Assembly (NCBI RefSeq): GCF_001194135.2 | Contig: NC_068981.1 | Coordinates: 158,954,716 to 159,018,715, forward strand | Length of the DNA: 64,000 nucleotides | Reading direction: 5' to 3' | Source of the DNA: Octopus bimaculoides | Lineage: Eukaryota | Shown: positions 25,200-39,033 of the stretch, one piece after another | How positions within the stretch are numbered: the first letter of the stretch is position 1 | Layout of the letters: every line of letters begins with the position of its first letter | Notes under the pieces: generated by a model | Told to the model about the DNA's origin: nothing | The model's input: the letters and a program-made list of their open reading frames with translations, nothing else | The model's database searches: none | Translations under genes and position numbers: made by a program

Positions 25200-25525
25200 A
25201 CTGGACAGATATTGTTGTGTGGGGCCACAAGGAAAAGATGTTCTGTTGTGGAAATCAGTGACTCTCTGGACACTAATGTGTTTAGAAAAATACAAGAGAA
25301 AGAGGATTATTGATAAGGAGTTCGCAAGTCCAGTACCCAAGATACACTTTCAGTTTCATACCCATTGTTAGAGTAACAGGATATATACCAACCTGTCTGG
25401 AGCAAAGTATGGTTGAACTTGGGCTCTTGGAGAGAATGCAAATCCTTAATTCATATTCTACAAATGATTGCAGTATTTGAGACCATAAAAATCTGCAAAC
25501 CCTTAAGATTTCAGGGATGATGAAC
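25200..25525 (+). mobile_element. Second R4/Dong-like 3' fragment (different family)
   Basis: Frameshifted 'DIVVWGH.EK.CSVVEISD.LDTN...EKE...FIPIV.G.TGYIPTCL...ELG...LQ.IAV.ETIKICK' endonuclease tail. Confidence 0.7.
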
Positions 25526-26282
25526 AAAAGATGCTTTCCTTCACAATCTTGCTTCCAAGTAGGTGGCCAATCAAATTTTACTCTAAATTAAAAGAAAGAG
25601 CATACATTCATCCATCCATACATACATACAATATTATATTATAGTACCCTATATTATGTCACTTAATCTAAACTATCAATCCGTTGTCTTACAAGTAATA
25701 TAAAAAATACAAATGCCATTCTCTTATTCCATAGTTAAGACAGCATTTGTTTATAATGTTACATACATAGGTCTTAGCTGTTTAATATAGAGGACATTTT
25801 TTTGTTTGTTTGTTTAAAAAAACAAAAAACCTTATATTTGAAAATGTTTCTGTTTCATATTTCAACGTGCATCAACTACTTAATTCAGCTGCTTTAGCTT
25901 CTGTTGTCAGAACTAAAACTACTTAAAAATTTCTATTGCTTATAAGTGGCTACTGGTTTACATCTCTAATTTTAGCTTTTATATCTTTAATTCTCTATTG
26001 CTATCAATGTGGCTAGTTTGAACCTACTTTTGCAGAGACCTTTACTCAGACAGACATAGGTTCACTTCTTTTCCTGTCTAGTTGTGGCTCTACTGAACTG
26101 AAACCTTGACATTTGAAGCAGTTAACTTGAATGTTTTTGGTCTTGTAATTTTTTTAGAGAGAGAGAGAGGGGGGGGGGTTCAAGTGTGAGACAAAGAAGA
26201 AAATTCTCAATTTCTCTTAGTGAAGTCATAGTTGGGCTTAAATCAGTTTCATTCTTACAATATTGAATTGAAAACGTATTAA

Positions 26283-26505
26283 CTCTTTAGCTTTCCGGCC
26301 TAAGTATTCTACCAGTTTTCTTTAAAACTGGCTAGATCTCGCCTCTCACACCTATCTTACGATGTCCTTCTATAAACGATCACGTCATTAAAATCGCTTA
26401 CCTACAAGATAATGCATGATTAATTGGAAATAATATGAATAAACAAGCATCACATTTGAGGAAGTAACCTGAATGTCATTGGGTCAATTCAGAAATGAAG
26501 CATTT
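26283..26505. mobile_element. Decayed piggyBac-type MITE (family of 18741)
   Basis: TTAA|ctctttagc start, shared body, eroded right end. Confidence 0.55.
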
Positions 26506-26639
26506 TTATATTTAGGCAGGTTTGCACTTATCTAATAATCAAACATAAAAAAAATTGTTAAAAATATTACCTTATATATAATATTAAACTATGACTGAAA
26601 TTTTTGTTTTTAATTCTTTTGTCTGTTTTGCATTATTTT

Positions 26640-26930
26640 TTATCTTTTACTTGCTTCAGTCATTGGGCTGCAGCCAGACTGTGGTATTGCTTTGAAGGGT
26701 TTAAGTCCTGTACTTATTCTGTCAATCTTTTTTTGCTTAACTGCTAAGTTGCAGGGGCATAAACAAACTGGTTGCCAAGTGGTTGGAGGCAGACACTCAC
26801 ACATACACTGGGCTTCTTTCAGTTTCCATCTACCAAATCCACTCACAAGGCTTTGGTTGTCTTAAGGCTGTAGTAAAAACACTTGGCCAAGGCACTATTC
26901 AGTGGGACTGAACCTGAAACCATGTAGATG
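26640..26930 (-). mobile_element. SINE family B
   Basis: Reverse complement of the 42835-43215 family. Confidence 0.65.
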
Positions 26931-27898
26931 AGAAACTTAATATCATGATTCACTGAAATTGTAAAATTTGATGCTTACATAAATTTTATTGATTTTCATT
27001 TTGTCCCTAAATCAGAATATGCTATCAGAATGTCATGGATGCAACTGATTAAAAATTTAAGTTAAACATGTCTCTAATTGAAAATAATTTATTTTTTACC
27101 AACCAAATTATTGCAACTTGATACATTTAGGCTACAAACAGCAAGGGAGCCTATTGGATTACTCAGCCTGTTAGAAATAGCAATCAAATCATCAAATCTC
27201 ATCCCTCTGTTTTAAAAAGGGAAGAATGCATTGGATAATGTAGTCCTAGATGCACTGTCTGAAAAAGGACAGGTTGTTTGTGACTAGAACATCTTTGGTC
27301 TTAGCTCTTGCCAGATAAGTTGAGCTGGGACTAAACAACAGCATATACCATATTGAAGAAAGCTGGTTGTACGAACACTGATGCTGTGTGTCCTATAATG
27401 GAGACTGTTAAAGTGGTGAAAATGTGTTAGTTTAGATTGAGATGTGTTTATAGGAGTCAGCTATAAACTATGTTGGTTGGATTATTTTCAGTTTTGTCCT
27501 ATTATTTTCTTTAAGTAGTAGAATTTTTTTATGGCATTAATATAGTTGGTTTTGTTAGAAATTTTTTTGTATAGTTTTAATGTGTTTTACTCTATTTTAG
27601 TTGGCAAATTTCAACAAATTTTGGCAGTTATGTAAGATTATTTTCCTCTCCTGGCATTTTTAAAGATTTGTAGCCAACACCTGAGACAGAATTAATCTGC
27701 AAACGGTTTAGAGAAAAGTAATTATATAAGATGTGAAGACACTGATAATGAAATTACACATGGTACAGGCATGGTTGTGTAATTAAGCTCTCTTTGTTAT
27801 CGTAGGGTTTTGGATTCAATCTCACTCTATGATACCGGAGCATGTGGTTTCTTTTATACCCATAGGATAACTGATGCTGTGAGTGAATTTGGTAAATA

Positions 27899-29943
27899 TT
27901 GGGTCATCCCATAAATAATGCAATTTTTTTATTTTTCAAAATCAAGATAAGCAAAGTTCTTTTTTAATCTAAGATATACTCTCCTTCATTTTCCACAATG
28001 CTCTTCCATCTATCTGGTAGACTTGTAAGGCCCGTCTTCCAAAATTCACTTGTCCGTGACGAAAAGTACTCCTCCAGTACTGTTCTAACATCATCTATAG
28101 AATTCATATTTTCTCCATCCAAATGATTTTGAAGACTGTGAAATCAGATGGGGCAATGTCCAGCGAATATGGTGGGTGGGGCATCATTTCCCATTCAAAC
28201 TGCTCCAGCCTTTGGAATGTCATCCTTGCTGTATGTAGCCAAGCATTATCCTGATGGAAGAATACCTTTCATCTTGAAACCAAAGATGGTCGTTTTTCTT
28301 CTAGTGTTGACTTAAGCCATTAGAGCTGCTCACAGTAAATCTTCTTTGTTATCATTTGGTTTGGATTTAAAAGTTCCAAGTGGACTAAACCTTTCATATC
28401 CCACCAAACAGATAACAAAACCTTACATGGGTGAAGACCTTCTTTACCCTGGAGTACCGGTGTTTCCTTTCCCTACCCACTGTCTTCAGCACTTGATATT
28501 TTTGTAGAAAACCCATTTCTTGTCACCAGTCACTATATAGTCCCAAGAGCGTTCATTCATGAGACGTGACAGCAAGGAAGAGCACACATTCACTCTCTGT
28601 GTTCAATTAAACTCAGAAAGTTTGTGAGGAACCCATTGAACCAAGGCACGCAAGTGTCGATGAATGGTTGAATGACCAAGTCCAAGCTTCTCTGCTAGTT
28701 CCTCAGCAATTACAATGGAATTTTGTTCCACCAAGGTTTGCAGGATGTCTTCTTTGAGCTCTACAGATCTTCTAGGATGAGGCTCATCTTCTAGGCTGTA
28801 GTTTCCAGTTCGGAATTTCTGGAACCACCACTGACACTGGCTTAGGCTTATTGTCTGATCCCCATATACTGCATTCCTTGCACTTTCTGTTGCATTGTTG
28901 CCTTTATTGAACTTATAAAGCAAAACTCAGGATTTGAACAAAATAATGGAAACACCTTAAAATTTCAAACAAATTTATTTTGATATGGGATAGGACCGCC
29001 TTTGGCAGTAATTACAGCATGAATTCTACAAGGTATGGACTCGTAAAAAGTTTGAATTGTTTCCAAAGGAATTTTTGTCCATTCTTCAGCTAAAACAGTC
29101 TCCAGTTCTTGTAGTGATGATGGTGGAGGATATCGACTCCTTACATGTTTTTCTAAAATGCACCATAAATGTTCAATAATATTGATATCTGGGGACTGTG
29201 GTGGTCAGATAAGATATTCAACTTCACTAGAATGCTCCTCGTGCCATTCAGTAACAACTTTAGCTGTGTGAATTGGTGCATTATCATCCTGAGAGATTGC
29301 ATTTCCCTCCAGAAACAGTTCCGCAATCACAGGATGAATTTGATCAGACAAAATGCTTAAATAGTCTTGACTATTAATTCTGCTATGAAGGGAAGGTTTT
29401 TTCCCTCTTTCTCAAAGGCTGTCATTACTTTCGAGGCAGTACTTCTTGATACATCAAACATTTCAGCTGTTTCTGTTATGCTAGCACCTGCCATACGAAC
29501 ACCAACAATTTGACCTCTTTGAAAGTCTGATAGATCTGTCATTTTAATGAATTTAATTACCTTTTTCAGTTGATATCTTGAAAGAAGCATCAATTTTAGT
29601 AAAACATATTAAGCAGCACTAATAATAAATCAAAAAACATAAAAATAAACAAGCTTTTGACAGTTTTATAGATATTTCAAAATTATGATGCTATGATGCT
29701 AGCTGTTTACATTATTTTATCCAACTCCTGTATGCCGAATATGCTTCTTTGCACTTCCATTATAGCTTTGAAAAAATAACTATTAAAATTGAACTGCACT
29801 CTTCAAAACTTGCACTAAGAAAAGTACAAGGTAAAATAACTGCCTGCTTTTATAGCAAGTTGATGCAGGTAGTTTATCCCATCCCCCTCCGACTTTTAGT
29901 TCATGCAATTGAAAAAAACTGCATTATTTATAGGATGACCCAA
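27899..29943 (-). mobile_element. Mariner (DD34D-type) element, near full length, interrupted by Tc1
   Basis: TA|ttgggtcatcccataaataatgc...gcattatttataggatgacccaa|TA. ATG at 29760; LLYKFNKGNNATE, WVPHKL, IVTGDKKWVFY, DNAWLHTA and HPPYSLDIAPSDF motifs. Frameshifted. Confidence 0.9.
28928..29730 (-). mobile_element. Tc1-like element (internally deleted) nested in the mariner
   Basis: Both TIRs present (caggatttgaacaaaataatggaaacacc / caggagttggataaaataatg on the minus strand). MTDLSDFQRGQIVG and QDDNAPIHTAK...SPDINIIEHLW. Confidence 0.9.
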
Positions 29944-30209
29944 TAAAAACTGTATGGATGCTCATTATGTGTGTATATGTGTGTCTGTGTGTTTGTATTT
30001 TTGTTTCTACCTAGTTGCTGATATGGGGGGGGGGCAGGGGGGTTTGCTTTCTATACCTTGACCTGTGCATAAGATGGGACTCACCTTTTTAAGCTGGGAA
30101 ATGAATGGAATGCCTGGTGTGTGTCTTGTTGTGGCTACCCCCTCTTATGGGGAATTTAGACCTTGGTAAATAATACCTTGCTACTTGACAAACATTTGTA
30201 GTTTATTCT

Positions 30210-30615
30210 TTCTTTTACTTGTTTCATTCACTTGACTACAGTCATGCTGGAGCACTGCCTTACAGTGTTTTAGTCAAAGAAATCAACCCCAGGACTTATT
30301 CTGTGTAAGACTTGTACTTATCCTATTGGTCTCTTTTGTTGAACTGCTAAGTTACAGGTACATAAACACACCAGCATCAGTTGTCAAGCAATGGCAGGGG
30401 GGGGGACAAACGCAGACACATATATATATATATATATATATACACATACCCGACGGGCTTCAGTCAGTTTCCGTCTACCAAATCTGCTCACAAGGTTTTG
30501 GTCAGCCTGAGGCTATAGTAGAAGACACTTGCCCAAGGTGCCATGCAGTGGGACTGAACCTAGAATCATATGATTGGGAAGCAAGCTTCTTACCACACAA
30601 CCATGCCTGCACCTA
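30210..30615 (-). mobile_element. SINE family B, near full length
   Basis: Complete head (ggtaagaagcttgcttcccaa) through the 'aaacaagtaaaaga' end on the minus strand. Confidence 0.75.
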
Positions 30616-31169
30616 TGTTTATGTTTTAATAACTTTGCTGTTCAGCAACAAGAGAGTGATAAAATATGTACCAAAACTTAAGATAAATATACTGTGATCA
30701 CAATTTGTTCAATGAAAATCTTCAAGGTGATGCCCCAGACTAGCCACAGTTCAGTGATTGAAACATTGAAAAGAGTCAAAAAATGCTTGAAATGCATAAA
30801 GAAATGTTGTATTGCAGATTTGTCCAGCTCATGTGTTAATATAGAAAATGACTGATGCCTTTTTAATGGTTGGTATTCTTTGTATTTATGTATGTTTGTT
30901 TATATTTATGTAGGTTATGTTAGTTGAAGTGTGTATTATTTAAGGCTCTATGAATTTACTTCTGTGTGTAACTTGATATTTTTGTTGAAATTGGATATAA
31001 GGGATCATGGACTGAATCAACAGATGTTAGAATTATTTGTATGACCCCATTTTTATTTCATATCAGTTGTGTTAGCTAGCTTGCATGTTTAAAAGAAATG
31101 GAGATGGCTTTTAATAAGATAATCTATATCTTCAAATTTTGAAATGTCGTGTCTTCTTCAAGCTGGTAT

Positions 31170-31365
31170 AATCTTTAGTATCAAGAAAAATGCCTTGCGA
31201 TATTTGTTCTGGATCTTTACATTCTGAGTTCAAGTCCCACTGAAGTCAACTTTGCTTTCCATCCCTCCAGGGTCGGTAATATAAAGTACCAGTCTAGTAC
31301 TGAATTCAATCAACAAACCTCCTCTTCTCAAAATTGCTGGCCTTGTGCCTAAATTCTAAACTACT
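31170..31365 (+). mobile_element. SINE family C
   Basis: 'ttctgagttcaagtccc...gtcaactttgctttccatcc...ggccttgtgcctaaa'. Confidence 0.6.
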
Positions 31366-33212
31366 ACTACTACTGTGATCATTTTCCAAAATGCATATTT
31401 TTCTTTTGTTACTATAGCAAAATATTGATTTGGTTTCTTTTGGCTGAAGGCCAATTTTTGTTGGTGAAGTGGTATAGCTGTTTGAATTGACCCACTGTAC
31501 TTATTTTATCCAACAGGATTTGAATCATCACAAAAAAAAACCCTCCCACCCNNNNNNNNNNNNNNNNNNNNNNNNNNNNNNNNNNNNNNNCTCCCACCCT
31601 CCCAAACCTATTATGATTCAGACTTTGAACAAAATAACCAGCAAGGTTTTAAAATACTAAAATAATCATTAGTTATTTGAAAGGATTCTCCCTTTTATTT
31701 CTCCCAGCTATATTGTTTAAAATATTCTGATGAACTATTTAGGGAACAAGCATTCTATATTCAGTATAGATTGTTTTTGCTCTTTATGTTATTGTAGTTA
31801 AATAATAACTGATATTTTTGTTACAGGGTAATTTTCTACATAGAAGTGAAAATGGTTTTTGAAGACTGCTATAATTACTTGTTCTGTGATATGATAAAAA
31901 AAAAATTAAAGCAGAAATAAAGAGCTAATTGCAGCTTTAAATTAGTAAATATAGGCAATTTCATCAAGTTTTTCAGTAATTTAGTCACATTGTATTTTCA
32001 TGAACTAAATTATTTTCATGAGAGCAACATGGAGCTACAAAAGATGCTTTATTTTTAGAACTTAAGTGGGAATACTTTGCTCATCGCTTGCAAAAATTTC
32101 CTTTATGTGTGAAAATTTGGTGATTGGTTGATCAAATATTTGGTAAAAATAAACAATGATCTGAAAGATGTAGAAGGGATAGTGAAATGCACATAATTGT
32201 ATGGGGAGTCAACATTTGATAGAAGACATTGCATAAATTATTATTATCACAACTTCACATCAGTTTTTCTATGCCAGCATGAGTTGGACAGGTTTGAAGC
32301 AGCACAGTATATTGCCACTTGTTGCGGCATGCTGTTTTAATAATAGTTTTAATAATAGCTTCTTTGTTATCTACTTTTCATGTGATTTTCATGCAGATAT
32401 ATCACCAAACTAGTTCATTTGTGTACCATGTACAGGAAATATTATGGTTATGCCTTTTTTGTCTATTTTCAATTAGATATTTTGATAATAGTCTATCCTT
32501 ATACCCAACCTTATAATTTACAATTACTCAGAGGATCTTATAAACTTTTTCAAGTAATCCAGTAGATCCACATTATAATCTTATAACCTCACTGCATTAC
32601 AGGCTTCACCTTGCTTAAATTGAATCATACCCCCACCCTCTTGCTCTATCTGTCACCATTTACATATGAAACTGAAAATAATTTATAAAAATATAGTAGG
32701 TTAATTTTAATAAGTAAAAAAAAAAATGCATCAACATAACATTTTTATAAAAATATAAGTAAAAATATTTTACAAGCTCAATGTGAAAGAGCCAGCTATT
32801 TAATAACCCACTAAACTGTCGAATTCACATTCAATTCATTTATTTCTTGAGATGTCAAAATTTTCACTTTACAACTATGACCTGGTCCCTGACACAGTTT
32901 GACTGCAACTCACATGGCTCTTCCATGAGATAATTGCTTCAGTTTCCACAGTCTCGATCAAGATACTTGTTTGACAAGTACAACTCTGAAATTTTATAAA
33001 CTTTTCTATTTATTTATTTTTTTAAGTAAATCACAATGGTTAATTACTCTGTATTTTAATTAGAATTTTATAACTCACTACAATAAAAATATTGATACTA
33101 ACTTAACTCTTGTTTTTCATGCAGATTGCTTCTGTGAGTAATTCACCTTAACTCTTGTTTTTCATGCCTATTCATTTACAATATTTACTAATTGGCACAT
33201 ACAGTAAAGACT

Positions 33213-33260
33213 ACACCTCGGTGATGAGGTCTAATAAGACCAAAGCATGTTCAGAGTTGT
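33213..33260 (+). ncRNA. Decayed minimal type-I hammerhead ribozyme (Penelope-type), probably inactive
   Basis: gTGATGA-GGTC-taataa-GACC-aaag-catg-TTC-agagttgt. Stem II is perfect, the UUC cleavage triplet is present and stem I pairs 6/8. Core positions C3 and G12 are mutated. Confidence 0.5.
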
Positions 33261-33682
33261 CTTCTATATTTTGTCGAAATGATTAGTATAATTAAATGAT
33301 TATTATAATTAAATTAATATTGTTTTCCCTCACCATATAAGTATTTCTAATTAGATTTTTGATACTCCCCACATTAAATATCTCAACACTAACTTAATGA
33401 CTTATTTTACATTACTATATTCTTCAAGTTTTTTTTTTAATCATTGGACTGTTGGGACCTCAGTACTTATTCCAGTATGGTACTTATTTTATCAATCTCT
33501 CTTAATGAAATGGTTAAGCTACTGTTTGACATAAAGGGATGCTATTCAATGCATCATTTTACTGTAGTATACGCTAATATAGACACACATGTGTAGTGTT
33601 ATATAGCAATGCTGGTGCTCTCTGCACCCTTAGTCACTTTTAGTGACAGTGAATTATTTCCTTTTGGTTTTATGTACACACA

Positions 33683-33717
<35 letters not shown>

Positions 33718-33899
33718 TGCGGTAGTGCACCTATTTCTGTATTCATTCCTGATCCCTCTCTCTCTCTCTCCGGCCGGGTAACCTTGTACTTCCTCTACAG
33801 TAAGACCCCTGTTTCTGTCTATTTTGTCTCAATATAACCTTTCATCATCTGACACAAGATTGCCTCCTCCACTGCCCCACCCCTCTTGAAAGTTTTTTT

Positions 33900-34060
33900 G
33901 TGTCTTGCAAGCACTTGGTGACCCTATCGGTGCAGGTGCCACTTAAAAGCACCCACTCCACACTGTGAAGTGGTTGGTGTTTGGAAAGGCATCCAGCTGT
34001 ACAAACCTTGCCAACACCCATGCTAGCATGGAAGGCAGATGTTAAACGATGATGATGATA
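33900..34060 (+). mobile_element. RTE-type 3' UTR repeat
   Basis: Family motif with (GAT)n tail. Confidence 0.7.
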
Positions 34061-37000
34061 TATTGATATACACACACACACACATGCACACACACACACA
34101 ATCACATGCACACACACATACATACACACAATGGTTTTGTACATAGATTCCACTGTCCAAATTCCATTCATAAGGCATTGTTCAGCTGAAGACCCTGTTG
34201 AAAACACTTACTTGAGATGCTGTGCAGCAGAATCAAATCCAGAACCAACTGATTGCGAAGTGAATTTATTAATCATATAGCTGTGCTGGTACCCATAGCA
34301 TTAAATTTGACACAGTGTTAGAGGTTGACTTAAGAGTTATTTAATATCAAGCACAATGTCTTACTGCTTTTAGTTTATATAGGATAGATATCACTTCACT
34401 TGTTCCTTTGAAGTGAAATAAATATTGATGATAACCTGAGAGTAATTCTATAGACTATTACTTTGTTCCATACAAAAAGAGCTATCAGTTGAAAATACTG
34501 TTTATTCCCACTATGAATTACATAAGACCTGCAAATAGAATTAGCTATCTATTGCAAAAGAATGATATTAAATATTAATGTTACAAAATGAAAATAAAAA
34601 TTGAAATAGATTATTTTCATATCTCTTACTTAACTAGATATTTGGTGAATGTATGATAGAAAATCCTGTTTAAAAGAAAGGAGAAAAAAAATTCAACCAC
34701 AATGTTTGAGCTATTTTGTTGCATCAATACCTACTTAAAAAATAACCCTATCATTAGTATAGGCAGTACATTGATACATATGTGTGTCAGGCTAGATAAT
34801 CAAGTGACTTGATTGTTTAACATTACACTTTAATTTTGTCATGCTTCGCATAATTTTTTTCCGGTCTAGAGTCAGTAAAGTATATACCAACTGCAACACT
34901 AGATCAATTACACACAAGCTCACTTATATCTGTCACGCTGAGTTTAGGTAGTTGGCTAAATGGACACACATTATTCCATTATTTATATTCATTACCAATG
35001 AAACTTAATCAATTGACAATAAACACACCACTTGTATTATCAGCATGGAGATGTTTGATCATTGTTCTGTTGTATGGCCACTTAATGTTGCACTCAGTGT
35101 CTTTTGATATCGATTGGTTTCTTTTGTGCCATAAGTTTCGTTGAACATAACCTGCTGCAAGAGCTCAACATAAAGATTCATATCATGACAATTAATCCAA
35201 GTTGTTTGTAGGTGCCAATAAGTTTAGATGCTACAAGGTGTGGACAAACCTGAAGTTTTAGACTAAGATCCTTCTACAGATATTTTTCAAGTAGCTACTA
35301 CCCTTGAAAGTTCTTTCATCTAGAAAGGTCAGATTTTTTTCTCTACTCTACACAGCAGCTAAACTTACCCTTACAAATTCTCTTGAATATATTATTATCA
35401 CTGCTGCTGATGCAAATCTTCACATTCCAGATATTACCCTTATATCATTATGGCTGCTACAATTTTGTCTAAGTATAATTTTTATGCTCTTTACTAATGG
35501 TAGTGTTCTTGGCCACATCTGTAATTTAACATCCTGTTATTAATTTGTAAAAGTTCCGCTATATATAGATTTCTTGATTGTTCATGTTGCTTTGGTCTGA
35601 CAAATTTCATTTATGAAGTACAGTAATTATCAATGATATCCTGATAGTGAAATTTGCTATATTTTCTAAGATGCCATCTCTAATTACACTGGAAGTATGA
35701 TACTTCTGGTGTAATTGTCATTGGACCTATCCATGTCTGGCCTTCTCATTTTGCCACCACTAAATTTATCAATATTTCTCTCACCCAACATGAGGCATAT
35801 ACTGTATATAAGAAACTGCATCAGATCTGCTTGTACCCCATACACCTTACTGTTTTCTTTTCTGTACTTAGTCATCACTCTCTCACCCCTAAGAACCACT
35901 TGTTATTGACATCCATCATTCACCCTTAGCCACTGCTATTACTATCTATTTTTTTACTTCCTCTACCCCGTCTCACCCAAATCAATCCATTTCTTCCGTC
36001 ACATTCTTGCTCCCGTCTTGGTTCTTCTGTTAATCATCTTGTCTTCTATTTATTTCAGCCATATAACCTTCAGTGAATGAACACATAACTCTCTAATCCT
36101 AACTATATTTTAGGTAGTGTCTCTGAGTGATCAATCACAGCAATATATTTTTGAGATATGCTAATTTTTCATGCTCATTCATTTTCATTATTGTACATTT
36201 ACTTGTAAATATACAATAGTGAAAATGAATGGGCAAATACAGTGAAGTCTGCATGCTTTGGTAATGAGCTTTGAGACCAATGCATGGCTGGAGTTTTCAA
36301 TATTTGCTAAAATAATTAATATAATATTCACCTTTAAATTAATGTTGTCTTTTCCTCACTGTATAAGTATTTCTAATTATATTTTTGATACTCACTACAT
36401 TAAATATATCAACACTAGTTGAACAATTTATTTTTACACAACTATATTCTTTTAGTCTTCTTTTCCTGGTTCCAGTCTTTGGACTGCAGCCATACAGTGG
36501 TATGAACTTCAAAGGATTTTAGTTGACCATATGGACCTCTGTACTTATTTCAGTATGTTACTTATCAATCTCTATTAATTGAATGGTTTAAGTTACTGTT
36601 TAACATAAAGGAACACAGTTTGAAGCACTGTTAGTATTACTCCATTTGTGTCTTCCATGATAAAATTCACCCAGTACACTCTGTAGAGTGGTTAGTGATG
36701 AAAATGGCATCTAACCATAGAAACCAATCCAAAAATGAAGCCTATGAGTATCCTGATAAGAATTGAATCAGGCCATGACAACCTTTCCAACCCATACCAA
36801 CATAGAAAGCTGACATAAAATGATGATGATGAGCTTTTTTCACCTCTAAGTTAAATGTTGATAGAGCTAATGACTGATAAAGCAGTGTTTCCATCTTTTA
36901 ATTTCAAACATTGTCAATCTGTTAAGTCTGTTTGTTAGTCTCTCTATTTCAACAATTGAATTTAATAATTTTATGGACTGTTTTCATTAAAATTTCATGC

Positions 37001-39033
37001 TCCATTGCAAAAGACAGATTATGTAATCTGTCTTTTGCAAAACTGAAGAAGTTCATGGCTATAGAGGCTCCCTAATGGGATAAACAATATGGGTTATCAT
37101 GTATGTCCAAATGTGTGTGTGTGTGTGTGTGTGCGTGTTAAGGCTATGCCAGATGTTTGTCAAGTGGTTTTACAAATAGTTTCATTTTTCAGTAGGGCTT
37201 ATATAATAATACTCCCATTGGTGTTGTGTGCTGCATAATTAGATGTGATATTAATTATTTACTATAATTTCATGTAGTTTGAATGTATCATTAGAACAGC
37301 TTTAAATTACATTCTCACAAACTGCTCATTATAATAGCTGTATTTCAACAGTAATAGTCTTTCACATTACAAAAATAGAGGTGTCTGTTTTATAACTCAT
37401 ATTATATGTGTAGCTATCTATCTAGCTAGCTGTTTAATGATAATTTGAATACAGTTAGTTTATTTTTCTTTAATTCTAATTTCACTGGGCAATCTTAAAT
37501 TGTAATTTCTTAGAATGTTTCAAATTAACTACATTTTGTGTGAATGGATGAATGACATATTGCAAATAGGATACTGTTTACATTTTGATTATCTTTTTTT
37601 TTAATTTTTTAAAACTAGCTGAAATCGTTTTGCTCTTGGTGTTCATTGTTTTGGTTTTTAATTTCATGTTGCTGTATCTCTTCAAAATGCTCTGTTGACA
37701 TTCTGCACAATTCTCATACATGAGCTGAAAATTACAACTTAATTCAATATTACATATTATCACCAAAACCACCGTAACTGCCTGCTGTTATTTCTTTATT
37801 ATATGCTGTTTGTTTTATTTTTCATGTAGGCATGGGTGAAATAGGTCTGAAATATAATATATCTCAATTTTTCTTCTCATCTATTAGATCCAAATTTCTC
37901 AAGTGTTGTGACTTTTAAGTTTGAAATCCTGAAAAACAGTGGACATAGTTATTGATTGAACCCTAGTATACCATAAATACTATAGCCTAATTATAGTATA
38001 AGTTTTAATCTCTAATTATGAAATACTAAGTGAATTGGATTGATAAGCCGTATGTCTATCAAATATGTGCATTGATTTGATCAACTTTACCTCACCATTG
38101 AAGTATGTAACTTTGTGTCTCTATTAAGAATAATTGTTAGTATTGTTAGGAGACTGGATTGGCAGAATTGTTAGCATGACATTTAATGCTTTGTCAACTT
38201 CATTTTATATCCTTCCAAAGTTAATAAAGTACTAATCAAGTATTAGGGTTGATCTAGATGGTTAACTTCTGCCACTAAATTTGTGACTGTTAGAAATTAT
38301 TTTCGACAGTTTCTTATGGGCTTCTACTACACTTAACAGATGCACATGTTTTCCTGAGGTATGTGTGACATTGTCTTTTGTGAGTGTAGGATTGTATTTG
38401 TATGCTTCTTCTGTTTTGCTTTGTTTTGATGTTTTTAAATTACTTTAGTATTTTGTCTGTTATGTTATTGGGTGGTGATTGTAGTTCATGTTATAATTGT
38501 GTAAAGCAGTTATTTTTCATGCTTCTGTCACCTTGTTATCCTATCTCTCTATGTTTAAAGTATGCAACTACCCTTGTTTTGCTCCATTAAATTAAATATA
38601 AAGTCTTAGATTAAAGTCTACTGTTCCAAGTATGGTTTCTTACTCTCTGCACTCACTGTAGCTTCAAGCTGAACAATGTTTTGTGAGTAGAATTTGGTAA
38701 GTGGACACTGTATGTATACCTGTCATGTATATCTGTGTGCACATGTGTGTAAGAATGCAAATGTTTACATTCATTGCATGAATCTGCTTGAGCAAAATAG
38801 GTGACATTGTGTTCATAAATCACTCCATACCTCTGTACTTTAAAAAACACGAAAAATAAAAAAGCTCCATTTATTTGGAAAACAATTAAAGATAAGCAAT
38901 AGGGAGGGTATCCAAGCTGTAAAATAATGCCTCAATAATTAATCATGGAAAAATGAACCTTGAATGATTGAAAGGACTTAGACACTTTTTAAAAATTAAG
39001 TTACTTAATTTTAAAATCTTGCAATACTCTAAG

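Noticed and set aside
38300-38370. 'WASTTL' as ADAP exon 2
   Set aside because: The nearest AG leaves 7 nt before TGG (wrong phase), and the second CxxC and GxHR are absent.
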